The position numbers were made by a program, and so were the translations under genes. From positions 52,514,001 through 52,578,000 of the forward strand of contig OZ038379.1 of assembly GCA_964036045.1 (NCBI GenBank): a DNA stretch of 64,000 nucleotides. Direction: 5' to 3'. This stretch comes from Eutreptiella sp. 'Long Island Sound 2002' (Eukaryota > Protista > Euglenida). Under the pieces are notes generated by a model. It saw only the letters and a list, made by a program, of their open reading frames with translations, had not been told where the DNA came from and made no database searches. Below, one piece after another: positions 1-13,954 of this stretch; position 1 is the first letter of the stretch; each line of letters starts with the position of its first letter.

Positions 1-233
<233 letters not shown>

Positions 234-359
234 AAAAAGGGGTTTTCGGGACGTTCGGTGGATCTCTATCCCCCCCGGGGTTCCAACCCTCCCCTACAGG
301 ACAGAAGAGGTGGGCGGGGGGGGGGGGGGGGGGCTGGAGACTTCATGCACGTCACACCG

Positions 360-1510
360 CTAATTCTTTCGCAAACCCTTGGACGTTGGTGAGGGGATCA
401 GGTTCGGTTTTTCGCAGGGGCTACCCAGGCCCATGCCAAGATTGCCGCTGCCCATGCCTTGGCTGCCCCTCATGGGACTATCACCACCAAGACGGTCCAG
501 CAGTTGCCACAGCCGGGTGGCGTCTGCCAGAGCTTGCTCTCGCACCTGGACTGCATTGTCGGGTACCGATCGCAGCCGTGAGTTTCCCTCCGCGAGACGC
601 ACCACATCCGTCCAAAGGCCTGCTGTCTGTGCCTTTGCCTAATCCGCTACTTGCTGCAATATGTCCACGCTGCTCTCCAACTGATCAACCCGTTGCTAGA
701 GAGTGCTTCTCCTTGCCCGGACGCGCAATCTGGGCCTCTTGGGACCCTGGCTTGGGCTTAACCCCCTGTTGGACAGCCGCCCTTGTGGCAGAGGACACCT
801 GTGCGCAAAGGTCATCAACCGTGCGCTGGTCAAGGGTCACGGCTGCCTGACCCACCTTGTGATCATGCTCCAGTTTGCTCTGTTTGCGTGGTGCCGGCAT
901 TGCATAGGGCGGTTCATCGTCCCCTTCATGCTCCACCTTCACATACGTGCGGCCGCCAAAACACCCCAATTCTTGCTTCTACTTATACTCGAACTCCTTG
1001 TGTTGTGCATGCCGCATTGCCAGCGCGGACACCTCTGCACCATCCACAGAAGACATGGAGGTGATCATCTTTGCACCCATGCGGACCTGCTGCCCATCCT
1101 CCCAGCAAATGTGTTCATACTTGCCAAACTTGCCATATGCAAACATTTTGCGGAGCCAAGTACCCATCCCTGGGGCATCGGTGCTCTCGTATACCACATG
1201 CAGCACACGGTTGAGCTCCACAAGGAGTGTCTTGCCGTCCATCCGCCATGTGATACGCAATGCGCACTGCTTGTACCACTTCCTGTACCCCTGTCCCATG
1301 ATGCACTCTGACACAACCTGGATCGTCACTGATGCCTTCGGCAGTATCCCCGAACACACATGGGGGCCTCGTCCAACCCCTGTGATGTGCATATGGGGCA
1401 CTTGCTGCCCTTCTGGTCCGTCCTCTGTTGCAGGCCCATCGCCCATGAGTGATTGCCGATCGACCACAAGTGTCGGCCAGATGTCAACAGTGGCCTATAG
1501 CGGCAAACCA
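360..1510 (-). pseudogene. Degenerate ORF of unknown function inside the probable element ending at 4073
   Basis: ORFs 979..1467 and 685..969 are in the same frame separated by one stop, and 360..605 follows after a frameshift. Composition is globular-looking; no family recognised. Confidence 0.45.
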
Positions 1511-1894
1511 ACGTGACAGGGAATGCAAGGGGTTCTGGGATGTGATCACGAAGCCGATCACGAACCCAAATTGAGAACCCCTTCTTGATCACGTCCCGTG
1601 CCGAGAACCCCATTTCAGTAACCCCTTCCTGATCAAGAAGCCCTTGTCAGACGCACTTCTGAGCCAACTTTCTGATCAGGAACCCCTTCGCAAAGCACCT
1701 TCCTAGCAGACTTCTTGATTGCATGCCAGACCGATATTCGGCACTAAGATTAAGCATCCTACAGGCACCGAACACTCCTGCATATCATGTCAGACACAAG
1801 GCAGTACAGCAGGGCAGTACAATCAATACCTGCCTACATCTGCACCATGCCTACATTTGTAACAGTAGGCTCCATCCTTCCATGTCTCCATCAG

Positions 1895-3879
1895 CTAGCC
1901 ACACGTCAGCCCCATGCGGGGGTCCAGCATTGGCTGCAGTGGACGTCCCATGTCCCAGCGCACGATGGAGGCCTGCTCCTCGTCTCGGCCCATGCCGAAG
2001 CCACCAAATTGGCACCTCAGTGCCGTGATGCACCCATGAGGAACCCTACTCACCGTGATGCTGTAGTCCTTGGCTGATTCCAATGTCTCGGCCTCATGTG
2101 CCCATGACCCTAGCGGGCACTCATCCGACCTGACGATACAATGATCATCTTGTCGAAAAGGGTTGGGACGGGGTGCTGGCAGGGGGTGCAAGGCAAGGTG
2201 CAGTGTGGAGGTCAAGACGGGGAGCAAACAAGTGACCCCGACTGGCACCCCCGGCGCCTTAGGAGCACTAGCCGCCGCACTCGCCTTACTACCAACACTA
2301 ACTTGCGAGCACGCCGGGCACAGCTCCCCCTCATGAGTAGCACGGAGCCTTGGCACCCCAAAACTGAGGTATTCCTTCGTGGGTTTCTTCCGACAACCCG
2401 AGATAGTACACCGCTCCAGCCCATCAACGTCGTGGCATTCCTCCAAACCCCAAAATGAAACGTGAACTCCGACCGTGTACGAGTACGTGACGGGAATAGT
2501 GGCAATGCTGAAGAAAAGCACTCGTCTCCACGATGGCTGCGGCTTGGAAAGCGGTGTACACCCGCCTGCATGGACTAAGTCGCTGTACAAGACGAACAAG
2601 CCACCACATCGCAGCGGAATGGGAATGGGGTCCCATGGACAGGGCAAACCCTCACGGCTATGTGGCAAGAAGACGGTGTCGGTGCCATCATCAGAATACA
2701 AGTCCTCGTCCAAGGCCGCAAAGACGGACACCACCCTCTTCCCATCGGGAACCTTCATCATGTTGTGATGGTAGGATTGCATTTCACGCCCCTTGGCCCC
2801 TATTGCGGCTGCTTGGTACGCCTTGTGGTCCCCACTCCATGTGTTGTTGAACAAGCCGAGAACGAAGTTTGTGAATGACATGGGGGCCTCACATTCATGG
2901 TATCCAACACCCGGTCCTTCTACGACAACATGAGGAAATCGTAGGGCAAACATCGTTCTATTGCCCGAGCCCCGGGAAAGTCATTGAATACGGGATCCCA
3001 AGTGTCGCATGGTCGAGGTTGAAGGGCTTCCACAACCTTATCAAGCATTTCCATGGGCATCACTCCTTTGCACAACAAGTGTGCCGTCCCATCCAATTTG
3101 CTTGGGTCTTCGTTGAAGGTGAACTCGGAGCGCAATAGACCAACCGTGGGTGGGTCTCCCACCCGAACCCATGGCAACGGACATTGCCTTGGTACTGCCA
3201 CAATTTTCCCCGCCATATGGGGGATGGGGTGGTAATGCCCTCCACCGGATCCACAAAGGCAAGTCCCGAATTGGTTGCCAAACTCCCAACCAGAAAGGTG
3301 TCCATCTTGGTGGCCTGCAATACACGCTCCTTGTGACCAATTGGGGCACTTCCTAAAGGCACAACGTGTTATCTGCGAGGACCTTGGCTTGGTGCTTGCG
3401 AATACCACACAACCGTGCGCGTCCTCTCCAATCCAGTAAACCACATCCTCCTGGGCCCGACCGTTGGGTTCCTTTCCCTTGGCCTTGTCCTTCGGCTTTG
3501 GAACGTGCGGCAAGATCCCTGCAAGAAGGCTCGTGACGTCCGCACTATTGAGGTGGATCAAAACGGCCCGAAGTGTAGAATTGAGGATGAAGGTGGTTTG
3601 AACCAAGTCACTAACGAGCCCGGGCTCGATCTCTAGAAGAACACCCCGCGGCGCCTCGATACGCCCCAACGTAGTCCCTGAATTGAACTTGACCCTTGTG
3701 GGTAGCCCGTCGATACGGAAGGTCTCCTCCACGTTGGCAGGGGCCGCGGCGATAAGACCGGTGCCCAAGCGCTCATTGGCTTCACGCAACCAACGACCAA
3801 TGACAGGGGTCAGGGGCATGGGGGTAAGTAATGGACCAAAAGTGCAAAGCAGACGAAAGTGGACAAGTGATGGACACAC
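1895..3879 (-). pseudogene. Frameshifted PhyH-like 2OG-Fe(II) dioxygenase with flanking Cys-rich segments
   Basis: ORFs 2920..3879 and 1895..2953 overlap. Motifs in order: WDPVFN, QSYHHN..VSVFAALD (HxD position), LRCGGLFVLYSDLVHAGG (distal His), WRRVLF (2OG-binding Arg), then CTISGC..LCPAC. Confidence 0.7.
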
Positions 3880-5899
3880 AGACCAAATCAGAAACCCCCC
3901 GGAGAAGTCATTTTTGGAACCCCAATCTGATCATGAACCCCCGCCCGAGAAGTCATTTTGAGAACCCCATTCTGATCACGAAGGTAAGCTGAGAAGTGCC
4001 GAGAAGGTGGCCGAGAAGGGGTTCTCGGGTTTTCGGAAAACCGCCCCTATATTGTTTTACCCTAAACCAAGGGACGCCGCCCCCTTATTTTTCATCCCCC
4101 GAACCCCTCAAGTTGTTTTCGGCCCGCAATACTTCGATGGGGGGGGGGGGGGTCCCCGGGAGGCCCGTTTTGGGGGAGGGGTTCCCGGTACCAGCTGGCC
4201 CGTTGCACCACAAAGGCCAATGAAAAACACAGGTAACGGGGGCATGGTGAACTGAAGACAAGGATGGAGCAGTAAGGGGGACACCGCACCGTAGGCACGC
4301 GGACAGGCAATCAGGCAACACGAGGGTAAGTGACACAGCAGGAGGGGCAACGCGGTAAATATCCAGCGGTGACTGCGTGCCCCCTCCACGAAGCCGCTAT
4401 AAGCGGCCAGGGCACGTTCGCACGGCGGGGATGTGGTGAGTACAGGTCCCCAGTGGCGCCAGAGCCCCCCTCTCAGAGAACAAGCTCGCAGTAGACATAT
4501 GCCACACAACCGAGTATACGCACACATAATCTAGCAGTGGACAGGGTCCCCGGACGTGGACAGAGATCAAATAGGTCACAGGCCCCTGTAGTGACCTAAG
4601 CACACCGCTGACCGCGCTGACTGCGCATCACTCTACAAAGCTGTGGACGAAGCGGCACTTGGCGGTGCCGGGAAAAGAAGGTCTCGAACACTTTGGATGA
4701 GATGTGCCTTCCGTCACAGATAAACGTTGTTGAGTAGTGGCGTTGTTGGAAGCTGTTTCAGTGAGGAAGGGCTCGGGGGACTGCGTGCCCCTGAGCTGGT
4801 CACACCACAAGTCCGAGGCCCATCGGCGTCCTTGTGGTTGGTTCATGTCCAATCAGATTACTGCAGCTGCGGGCCACTTGGTTCGGAGAGCTCTAACCAG
4901 CCAACCGCAGAATCGTGCGGAGGATGCCGCGGCGAATTTTTCCGGCACCGGAGGCTCTAAGTTGACTTGGGGTTGTGGTTCATCCACTATACGGAGCGTG
5001 TACTATGGTCCGGCCAATGCGTCACGACCTTCATATTTTTTTTGCGGAATGTCGGGCGTCCCGGGCCTTGCGGCACATCCGCCCGTGCTCCGAGCGCTTC
5101 CGCTTGCCAGTGGAGGCATGCGGCTTGGTGGGCAGACCCGAGGAATCAAGCAGGACACGAACACTGGAGTGAACCGACCTACAATAGGCATCGCAGCACA
5201 GATAAGGGAACTGGACCGGCTCTGAAGGGGCAGCCTGTCGTTGGCCAGGGGCGCTCCCCTCCGCAAACGAGTCAAACCCAAGCGACGGAGGGTCGCCGCA
5301 TGGCGCGCGTGGAAGCCCCCAAGGGTCAAATTGCAATTGTGGTACGCACTCAAGAGGGAACGGGGAAGTACCTGTCGCGACACATATTTGCACGTGGTAT
5401 GAGTGTGGGCAAACCGTGCTAGCTGGCATAGAGTTTGGTAGTTGACTGGCATGCGAAGCACTACCTCGCAAGCATGTAGCTGTGCACACGTGAAAAAGGC
5501 AAAAGTGTAGCTTGCAGTGGAACTTTGTCACCACACTCAGTCGTCCTAGGGCACTTGTCCAGTTCACTGCGGTAGTACGTGTTGTGGGACCCCGGGGCAC
5601 GACGCACCCCACCGTGTCCTGTGGGTCGGTGGTACTGTGTCCTTGCGCCTTCAGCGTCGTGGGGTGAGCCACACCCCAAGGTTGGCCTGTCCTCTTACCC
5701 TACCGTGCCCTGAGCCAGTAGGGAGGCGTCTCCGATCTGTGCCTCGTACCACGTCCACACCCCGCCGTGTAGGGTTCGCTCGGCCGGTGCCCGGGGACTC
5801 TCGGGGGGGCGGGGGGGGGGGGGGCACTGTCAACAAAGGATTGGGGGATGCGTAGTTTGGAGGTATGATTCAATTCCTCAGAGGAGGCTGTTGTGAGCT

Positions 5900-7900
5900 A
5901 CTACTGAGCAAGGTCTGCCCACGGTCCCCACGTCCGCACCCATTCTTGCAGAAAGACCGGACGCCGTGCAGCACAATGAACGAGCCGGGCATGCGGTGTG
6001 CCCCGCTGTGTGTTATGGCGTAGCTTACAGTTCACCTTTGTCTTCTCCCAAGGGGGGGAGCACCCTTGCCAACGAATGTTCCCCCAAAATCCATTGGAGC
6101 TACGCTTCGTGTCGGCGGGCACGCAACCGGAGCCCTGTGACGCAACGCACTCCAAGATGGGTTGGGTACCGGCGTAGTGCCGCGATCCGCTTTTTGGACG
6201 GGCTAGGCGCCATTGTGCTGATGTTGGAGGGAGAGGTGAGGGTGAAGAGTGGTAGGGGTAGGGTGGTGGCTAATTTGACCGGCCAGTCAACCTCATTGCT
6301 GCGCAGGATGTCAATATGTTGTTCCGCATCGTGTGCGTCGGATAGCTGGCGGTGGCCGGGAATCCTGCGCACCGCGATATACTTGCATTGGATTATGTGG
6401 GCGGCTATCTCTCGGAGGTCAATGTGTGATGCCTCACGATGGGGGCTTTGGGTATCATGGTCCACTACGGCTTCATTGTCCAACGTGATGGTAGAACCCG
6501 GGGAGGGGGGGGGGGGGGGGCTCAATTGCAACGCACAGGCCCATCAAGTTCGCCCGCTAGGAGGTTTGTGGGCCATGGACGCGCGCAATGAGCTGGAATC
6601 CTCCGCACGTGATAGCGAGGCCCACCCGTGGTCCCCCATGGGCATCGGCAAATACTGGTTGCACAACCAAATTGCTACCATGGCTATGCTATTCCCCCTC
6701 CGATGGTGGCTGGCCTTTGGTATAAACTTCAAACCTCGACACCTTAGTCTTGGTGTACCCGTCTAGTACCTCTCCATAGTCTAGCACCGCTGCGGCAAGG
6801 GAATAAGAGTGATAGGGCTGGCCTGCCGTGGGTTGTTGGGCGGCTAGCAGACGGCCGTCTTCGGTACCTTCACTATCGTACAGGTTGGGCCCTCCTGGGC
6901 GTCGACGCATGCACCGCAGCGAGACCCCTGGCATCACTCCCATAGACTGGAGGAGGGCGATATATGTGAGCATGGGTGTTTGGGTGCCTCGGACGAGTGC
7001 ACTTAGGGGGAAGAAGAACAGCTCCGTGTGTGCGCGCATCGCCTGCTGCATGCGGGTAACGTACTTGCGCACTATATTTGCCGCACCCCCATCCTTGGTT
7101 CCTTGGGCGGAGTCCACATCATGTTATGGTTTATGGTGGCCGCCATGCCCTTCGGTGCTCGGATGAAGCTGGCAATGAGGGTCTCTATTTGGTGCAGGGT
7201 TTTGTCGGAAGGTAGGAGGAAAAGGTGGTGCAGGCAGCGTGGGAGGAGTACAAAGTTGAAAAGCTGGGCCCTTTCCTAGCCCTTCACAGTACTGATTGTT
7301 ATTGGGCCAGAGTAGTCACTTTTGGCCTTGTGGGCCAAGATGGGTGGGGCATGAGGTGCCCCAAGTACTGAAGTGTTGGGGAATGGACATTGTGGGGAAC
7401 TCCCTTCCACTGCGTGGTTTCATTGGTGGTGGAGGAGATCCATTTGTATATTTCCGTTTTTGTGTTATTGACGCGGAAGCCGAGGGTGGCGCTGATCCTG
7501 GACATCTCATACAGTACCCGTTAGGGGTTATTTTTTCATCCCGTAACAATTGTTCCACCAAGTTTCCGCTGTGGGTACACAGAGCAGTGCAAAAAGTCGA
7601 TGACAAGCCTCGATAAGGGTCAAACCCTTGGGCAGCCCTGACCCTATCCCTAGTGAGGCTAGCTCATGGGTGGAACGAGTCCTGCACCTAGCGTCGCCCC
7701 TGTCGGACCCAAGCACCCATTGCGTCGTTTCACCACAGGGGGAAATAAATGCCATGGGGGAATGCGCTACTTTTAGACTATGTTCCCCCCGAAGAGCCCC
7801 TAGGCACGCCCCTTGGAGACACGCTGAGAATTCGGCGACCCAAACTTGACTGGAAGGGACCTTGAGCCGGACCTTCCCAGTTCTTGTGGCAGTGGTGAAG
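5900..7900 (-). mobile_element. LINE relic I (RT C-terminal part plus RNase H)
   Basis: VRQG near 7700; LGFRVNNTKTE and LQYLGH in 7299..7505; RNase H-like FEVYTKG, SRAE and AVRRIPGH...SNEVDWPVKLA in 6100..6732; many stops and frameshifts. Confidence 0.7.
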
Positions 7901-8119
7901 GACCACGGGCCTTTGGGGGGGGAACTTGATTGTGTGTTGCGCGGCGGAGATAGAGGGTAGTCAGGTGGCGAGTATGAACTTGGAATGGCAAAAGAGATGG
8001 ACTCCATCTTGCATTGCCCATTCACCACTCTCAACCCATCTTGGTAGTATTCCAAGCAGAGGAGTCTGTCGTCAGCGGTCCCAACCACCGTGGAAGGACC
8101 TACTATCAAAAAATCACTA

Positions 8120-8620
8120 CTATCAAAACCTACTATCAAACAACAATGATGCCCAAAGTACCACAAAGTATGGGTTTCTACTACAACCAGAAGCCCAAAT
8201 AGTTGCACTGCGCGCGCACTGCACGTGCACTGCGCTTAAGGCGCCCCCAATGTTATCCATATACACAAAAAAAATCCACCGAAAGAACCGCCGAGATAAT
8301 GTGCGGCGAAAATTCTCGTACACAACACAAAATAGGCCGGAGAGAGTGGGTGGCCCTCTGTGACTCCCCGTTTTTGGCGGTACGTGTGTTGCCGGCACTC
8401 TACACTGAAACAACATTGCGTGTGCTCGTACGCATGGCGCAAGGTGGAGATCATGGGGAGTGGAACCCCCAGCGTGTAGATGGTTGCCCACAGTAGTGGG
8501 TGGGGATTGCTAAGATAGGCTTTGGCTATGTCGAGTAAGACAATATACGAATCACCTTCGAATTGGAGGATGTTGCTCCAAAAGGCAAGCGCCTGGGTCA
8601 CTGTGGTGTGCCCTTTTCGC
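8120..8620 (-). mobile_element. LINE relic II (RT core)
   Basis: IVLLDIAKAY, KRGVTEGHPLSPAYF and FVYMDNI correspond to non-LTR RT motifs 3-5. Confidence 0.85.
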
Positions 8621-9347
8621 CCCCCCCCCCCCCCGCTTGCTAGGGGGACAGGGCTTCAGTAAGTGGACTTTTCAAGCAAAGGAGAATCAACTTGCACAGT
8701 GTTTGGTACATGCAGGATGAGACGGTATGGTTGCTGTCATTTCTTGGTGGTGCATCATGAATTTTTCTTCTAGTCTAATACTTGCCATCACTTGGAGTGC
8801 CCCAACGTCCGCCCCCATTTGGTCCCTGCTACGGCATACAGCTTGTTGATACACGCCGTGGGAAAGGGGGGGGGTCTGGACAGCAATCAATAAAAACGAA
8901 AACTAGTTCCCCTTGCCTGTCAAAAATTGCAGCAACTTTACACACATGGGAAGCGTAAATCCAATTGAATGTCACCTTGCAAGAACAATCTGCCATGGCG
9001 CAAAGTGGCATGGTGTCTACAATAAAACAAGGTGCCAGGAACAATCCAAGACAAAGAGACTTTGTTTCACAACCACACATGAGGGCTTCAGTGCCTTCGC
9101 CACCTCATACTTTTACGGCATACCTCCAGGACATGGGCACAACAAAACGTGGTTAACGCCTTCCTGGGGGTGCTATACGGCCTTGTGGGTCCCGGGGCGG
9201 GCGGGGGGCATTTTGGCACATCGCACGCACATGGCCAATTATTATGTTGTTCATCCTGGGAACACCCCTAAAAGACCACTCACCTGAGGAAGCATGCACA
9301 ATCAATTCAAAATAGCATGGGGTGCAGAATTCAGGACCCTAGGACCC

Positions 9348-10647
9348 GTGGCAAGCATCACACTGATAAAGCAATCCTTGGTGTTTCAGCATGGGTTGTA
9401 GGGTGCACATGACAAGACATGGGGACCCATGGCTACCAATGATGGAAAACAACCAACTTTTTGCATAGGGCGCGCACGGCGCACGGTGCGCCCCCCAGAT
9501 ATACCCGAAGTTTGCACCATGTGCGCATTGCGGCAATATCACTCTCATTGTGCATGGGGCAGTCCAATCACCACCAGAGCCAAGAACAAACCCCACTGTG
9601 CTGCGAAGGATTTTCCAGAACAGACGGCCCAGCTTCTCCTATACCTACCTTCCTATTCGACAGTTAGGTGCACGTGTTTGCAAGCTGTAAACAGTCATAC
9701 CATTACATACTGCAGTGGGGGAGTATTAGCGCGCCGTGCATCTTTTTTAGACCATTCCCTAGCCGTGCCTGTTCCCCCCTCCCCACACACACACCACCGA
9801 ACTATCTGCCCCCAAGAACTCAGGGGTGATGCACACCCTTCGGAATTTGTCCCCTTCTATTGGGGACCCCCGAGAAGGCAGGGGTTATGTAGCCAATCCG
9901 CCCATTTTTTGGCCGCCGAGAAAGAAAGCATTGGAAGAAAGAATGCAACTTTGACAGCCTGCCAACAATATTATGTTGATGTGCATGGGTGGTACCGCGC
10001 ACGCATTGAGCAATTGTTTACTCGCTTGTGGCATTGGGGCTTGCTTAGGAACATTTGGCGTGGCGGCCCCGATGAGTTGCGCCAATCCGTCTATATATTA
10101 TTGCATTTTTTTGAATTTTGTATCCCGAGGCAGACCTGCCACCGTCTTTACAGACCATGCAACCATGTTGCACCTCATGTTTGGACGAACGAGAGCAACT
10201 CGGCCACGACGGAGGATGAGGGACACGATGAGGTAGAAGTGTGTGAGTTGTGTTGCCACAAGCGCTCCACCGTCACAGTTTGTGGTGAGTGTAAGGAGCA
10301 CTATTGTTGTGAATGCAATGACACCCACACTTGTGGGAATAATATTATTTGTTAATCACATTCTGAATGACATTTTGTGTTGTTCGATTCTCATATTCCG
10401 GCTTATGCAACGTGCTTTGGACGTAAGGTTTGTGTTCACGTGCAGTCTACTTGGGGGACTTCCCTATGTCAGGAAAAACTTGGGGCTAGAGCTAGGATAC
10501 TTAATACAAAGATAGCGCGCCAGACGCGCGCCAGGCAACAATTCCCCCACTGTGTCCCCTTACAGTTTCACCCATGTCTTTTTCATGGCTTCCTACAGGC
10601 ATCACTGTCACCTACAACTTATCAAATGGTGATAGGGTGCTTGCCAC
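9348..10647 (+). mobile_element. PIF/Harbinger/ISL2EU-like (DDE_Tnp_4) transposase relic; ORF 9429..10355
   Basis: ELRGDAH and YYVDVHGWYRARIEQLFTRLWHWGLLRNIWRG resemble the IS5-like DDE C-terminal motifs. The C-terminus is Cys/His-rich (CELC..CGECKEHYCCECNDTHTC). A 10-bp inverted repeat GTGGCAAGCA lies at 9348-9357 and 10638-10647, with no clear TSD. Confidence 0.6.
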
Positions 10648-11449
10648 CGACATCTCCACCTCCAAGTGTTGGTAGTACGTGAGCATCCAAAAACCGAGGA
10701 ACCAAGGAATGGCCTCTTCCCCATAGTTTGTTCCGTGCAAGTAGTCCCCCAAGGGGTTGTCAAAAATCACCCCAATACATGCACCGCGCGCGCACTGTGT
10801 ATAGCACTCCCTCCTCGTGCCGCTCAGCCCCGCATTGGCAATCTGACATGGCAGCCCTTGCATTGTGCACAAAACCAAGTGCTTCCCTTGCACAGCACTA
10901 CGCATGGCACATGCAATGTGACGTCTTGCAGCGGACATGGAACGTGGAAACGTACTGGGGGTGCGACAGCAACAAAGTCTGTACAGCAAAGCACCTCCCG
11001 AAGTCATTCATTGCCCACAATCAGACGACAAATCATAAAAACGCCAGCGAAGAAGATCTTCTTCAGGCATCCAAACATGCCCCAGTGCACTGTGATCGCC
11101 AGAGGTTGAATGCGGTTCGCAGACCACTTCAAATCAGGGGCATTGATCCCACACCCATACAACTGTCCGTGAGAAACCCCCTTCTGCAACAAAAAGGCAG
11201 CGTTGCTGATCGCCAGTGGTCATGGTCAGCCTATGAATCTCCCACTAAACACCCCCAGCAGAATGGCTGTCGACCCTTTCGAAGAGGCAACTTGACTACC
11301 CACGGTCCCTTGTGCCCGTTGCACTAGGAGATCAGCTGAGGTTCAGACCCACACACCCACATACAGGGGTCAAGATGGCATGGGGAGGGGGGCAGGGGAC
11401 ACGAGGGATCAGGCAACGTGACACTCCTCCAGGGCAAGATTTGGCTTGA

Positions 11450-12230
11450 ATGCCAGGTCAGCTGGGTCTCAAATAATTCAGGTGTGGAACCACCACTTTG
11501 CCCCAGCCACGCCGGCCTTCCATGACCTTCACTGCAAATCGCCCAATTCACCCATGAGTGGTGGGTACAGTGGGTAGAGGCGGTGGGGTGTTTGATCGCA
11601 AAGGACACTGTATGTGTTCTGAAGATGCCTCAGATTAGGCGCCCGCCCAAAAGATGATTTCTGTCTCCTCCACTGCACACACTTTCGGGGACGAGGCAGG
11701 CTGGAAGGAGGGGAGGGAGAGGGGGGGTTTCTGGCAAGGGAGACCACCTCCCCTTGCAGCAGCTAAGGGGAGTTGGCTTGCTGCAGCCACAATCCACATT
11801 CAAGGAACACCCTGCCTCCTGCTCAGGCCAACAGACAAACAGCAGAAAGCGAAAGTGTCTGCCAAGTGCACTGCTGGGGCCTTCGACCCCACACTTGGAG
11901 CTCCTGGTTGTGCTCCGAGACATCACATGAGGATACTGGCCCGGTGTCTGTGGATATTGCTACTCACACTGCCAAACCGAAAGGATGGAGAACAAGGGAG
12001 TCCGTGCAGTGCGTCTGCACTCAGGTGCAGCCATCCAGTTCAACAGGGGAAGGTGGTCAGGAAGGGAACAGAAGGAAGGAGAAGAAGTGGAAGTGTGTTC
12101 AGGTCAGATGTCTGCAATTGAAGAAGGATTACAAGGAAGACGAAATAGGGCGAGATGAGACATACATGTTTGTTCCATTGCACACGAAATGCTGAGACTT
12201 CTGAATACTGAAAGATCTTGAAAAACATTC
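11450..12230 (+). pseudogene. Possible piggyBac-like transposase C-terminal relic
   Basis: KKWKCVQVRC...RDETYMFVPLHTKC resembles a piggyBac Cys-rich domain; highly decayed and no termini found. Confidence 0.25.
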
Positions 12231-13954
12231 ACAGGGCTGCACGTGGCCTCCTTCTGCAAACAGACCTCTTTTGTGGGCGCATGGCCACTTATGAGGGCCA
12301 CGGGGTCCACGTGAATCGTGACAAGCCATTTTAAACATTCCGAGAGGATCCCTCAAACCTTCACAGGAGCGGCATTACGAAGGGGGGGGGGGGGGCAAAG
12401 CTGCTTCCTCTCGCCTGCGCCTCCAAGGACGGGACCCAGTATCCCAGCAACTCAGCCATAGAACGTCAGGCAGAAGTTACAACTGCCAACAGCTGACAAC
12501 ACAACCAACAGACAAAATTATGCAGCCTGATCATGAGACTGCGTGTCCCATGGTTTGGGAGCTCCTCTGGCACGACTGTGGCGAGAGCGTCCGTGCTCTT
12601 CAGTGCAGTGACGACCACTTATGTGTTCCAATGTCGTTCGAGAGACACAACCCTAGCAATCCCATGAGAGCCTCTCTGCACCCCACCCCTGCAACCTAAA
12701 TCTGTGCATATTTGAGCAAATACGAGCGATCAAGCACTCGGTCACAAAGGCGCATGTGGGCATCAGGACGACCAGAAAATGCTTCTTGGTGAGAGCATGC
12801 ACCGAAATGTGACTCCTGGATTGCACAACACATGCACTGTGAAAGAACCACCATGTTTCGCGATGGAGCAATATATTCTGTACCTGTGTGCAAGGCATGT
12901 GCAGTGCCAGTACTCCTCCACATGGGGTTAGTGGTGGACATGACCCTTCGGTACAGCAGTGAGACACAGACAGAGGAAAGGGGCATGGGCCCAGGAATGG
13001 GATCAGTACAGGACAAAGGACAGGCAGAAGGTGAAAGAGCAGATGGAGAGGCCAGGGCTGCTGCAAAGTGCAGAACAGCATTGGAGTGTCACAGATGGAG
13101 GGCACCTCATGTTGGATAGCTCAGCCTTTGCCTTACATTGAAACGAACTGCCCATCAAATGGCAGCCTCAGGGGTGGGGGGGGGGGGGTAGTGAAGGTGC
13201 GTCTATGAGGTTACCAAAGGCTGTGCAATTAGGAAATGAGCGGGCAGGTGAATGAATGTGTGAACGATTGGTGTGTGGGTGTGTATCGCTTTCATCCCAT
13301 GTGTCAGTGGGGTGTCGCTTTTGCTGTGTGTGTGTGTGTGTGTGTTTATGTGTGTGTGCCAAGGTATCAATTCCAATGATGCTCAACCTGCCAGATTCAA
13401 CATTCCTACTTTCCTACCACTTCTGCAAACCACGAGTTCAGTGTTCTGCCCTGCAGGGGGGGCTGCCCTGTTGGGCATGAGGCTCCATATGTACAAGTGC
13501 ACCAAACAAACCACGGCTCCTGGCCCTACGAACCTCACCACAAAGTAACAAGACACAAATTGCATGCGCGTGTGCCCTACCCCTCCCTACACCCCACGAT
13601 GTGTGTGTGTGTGGGTGTGTGTGCGTGTGTGTGTGGGTGTGTGTATGCCGAATGCATTATTCCCAGATTGGCAATGGATTCACCTTCATAAGCTTCCAAG
13701 GTACCCAAACCTGGAGGTCCCCAAGTCCCCGGGAGGGCAAGGGAGAATGGGGAATTGGGCAAAATCGGGGGAAAGGGAGGGGGGAATGGGGGGGAAATGG
13801 GGGGAAATGGGGGGAATGGGGAAAAATATGGGGAAAGATTCTGAAGCCTTCACTCCTTGCAACTTTCCCACCCCAAAAACAACACCCATTTAGCACCAAA
13901 TTAGTTTTTTCAAAAACAGTTTTGGACCATATGGGCTCCTCAACTCCATTGTGT

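Noticed and set aside
5480-5540. TKFHCKLHFC, resembling the KDZ transposase FH..H motif
   Set aside because: No other KDZ motifs nearby; 4200-5900 remains unassigned.
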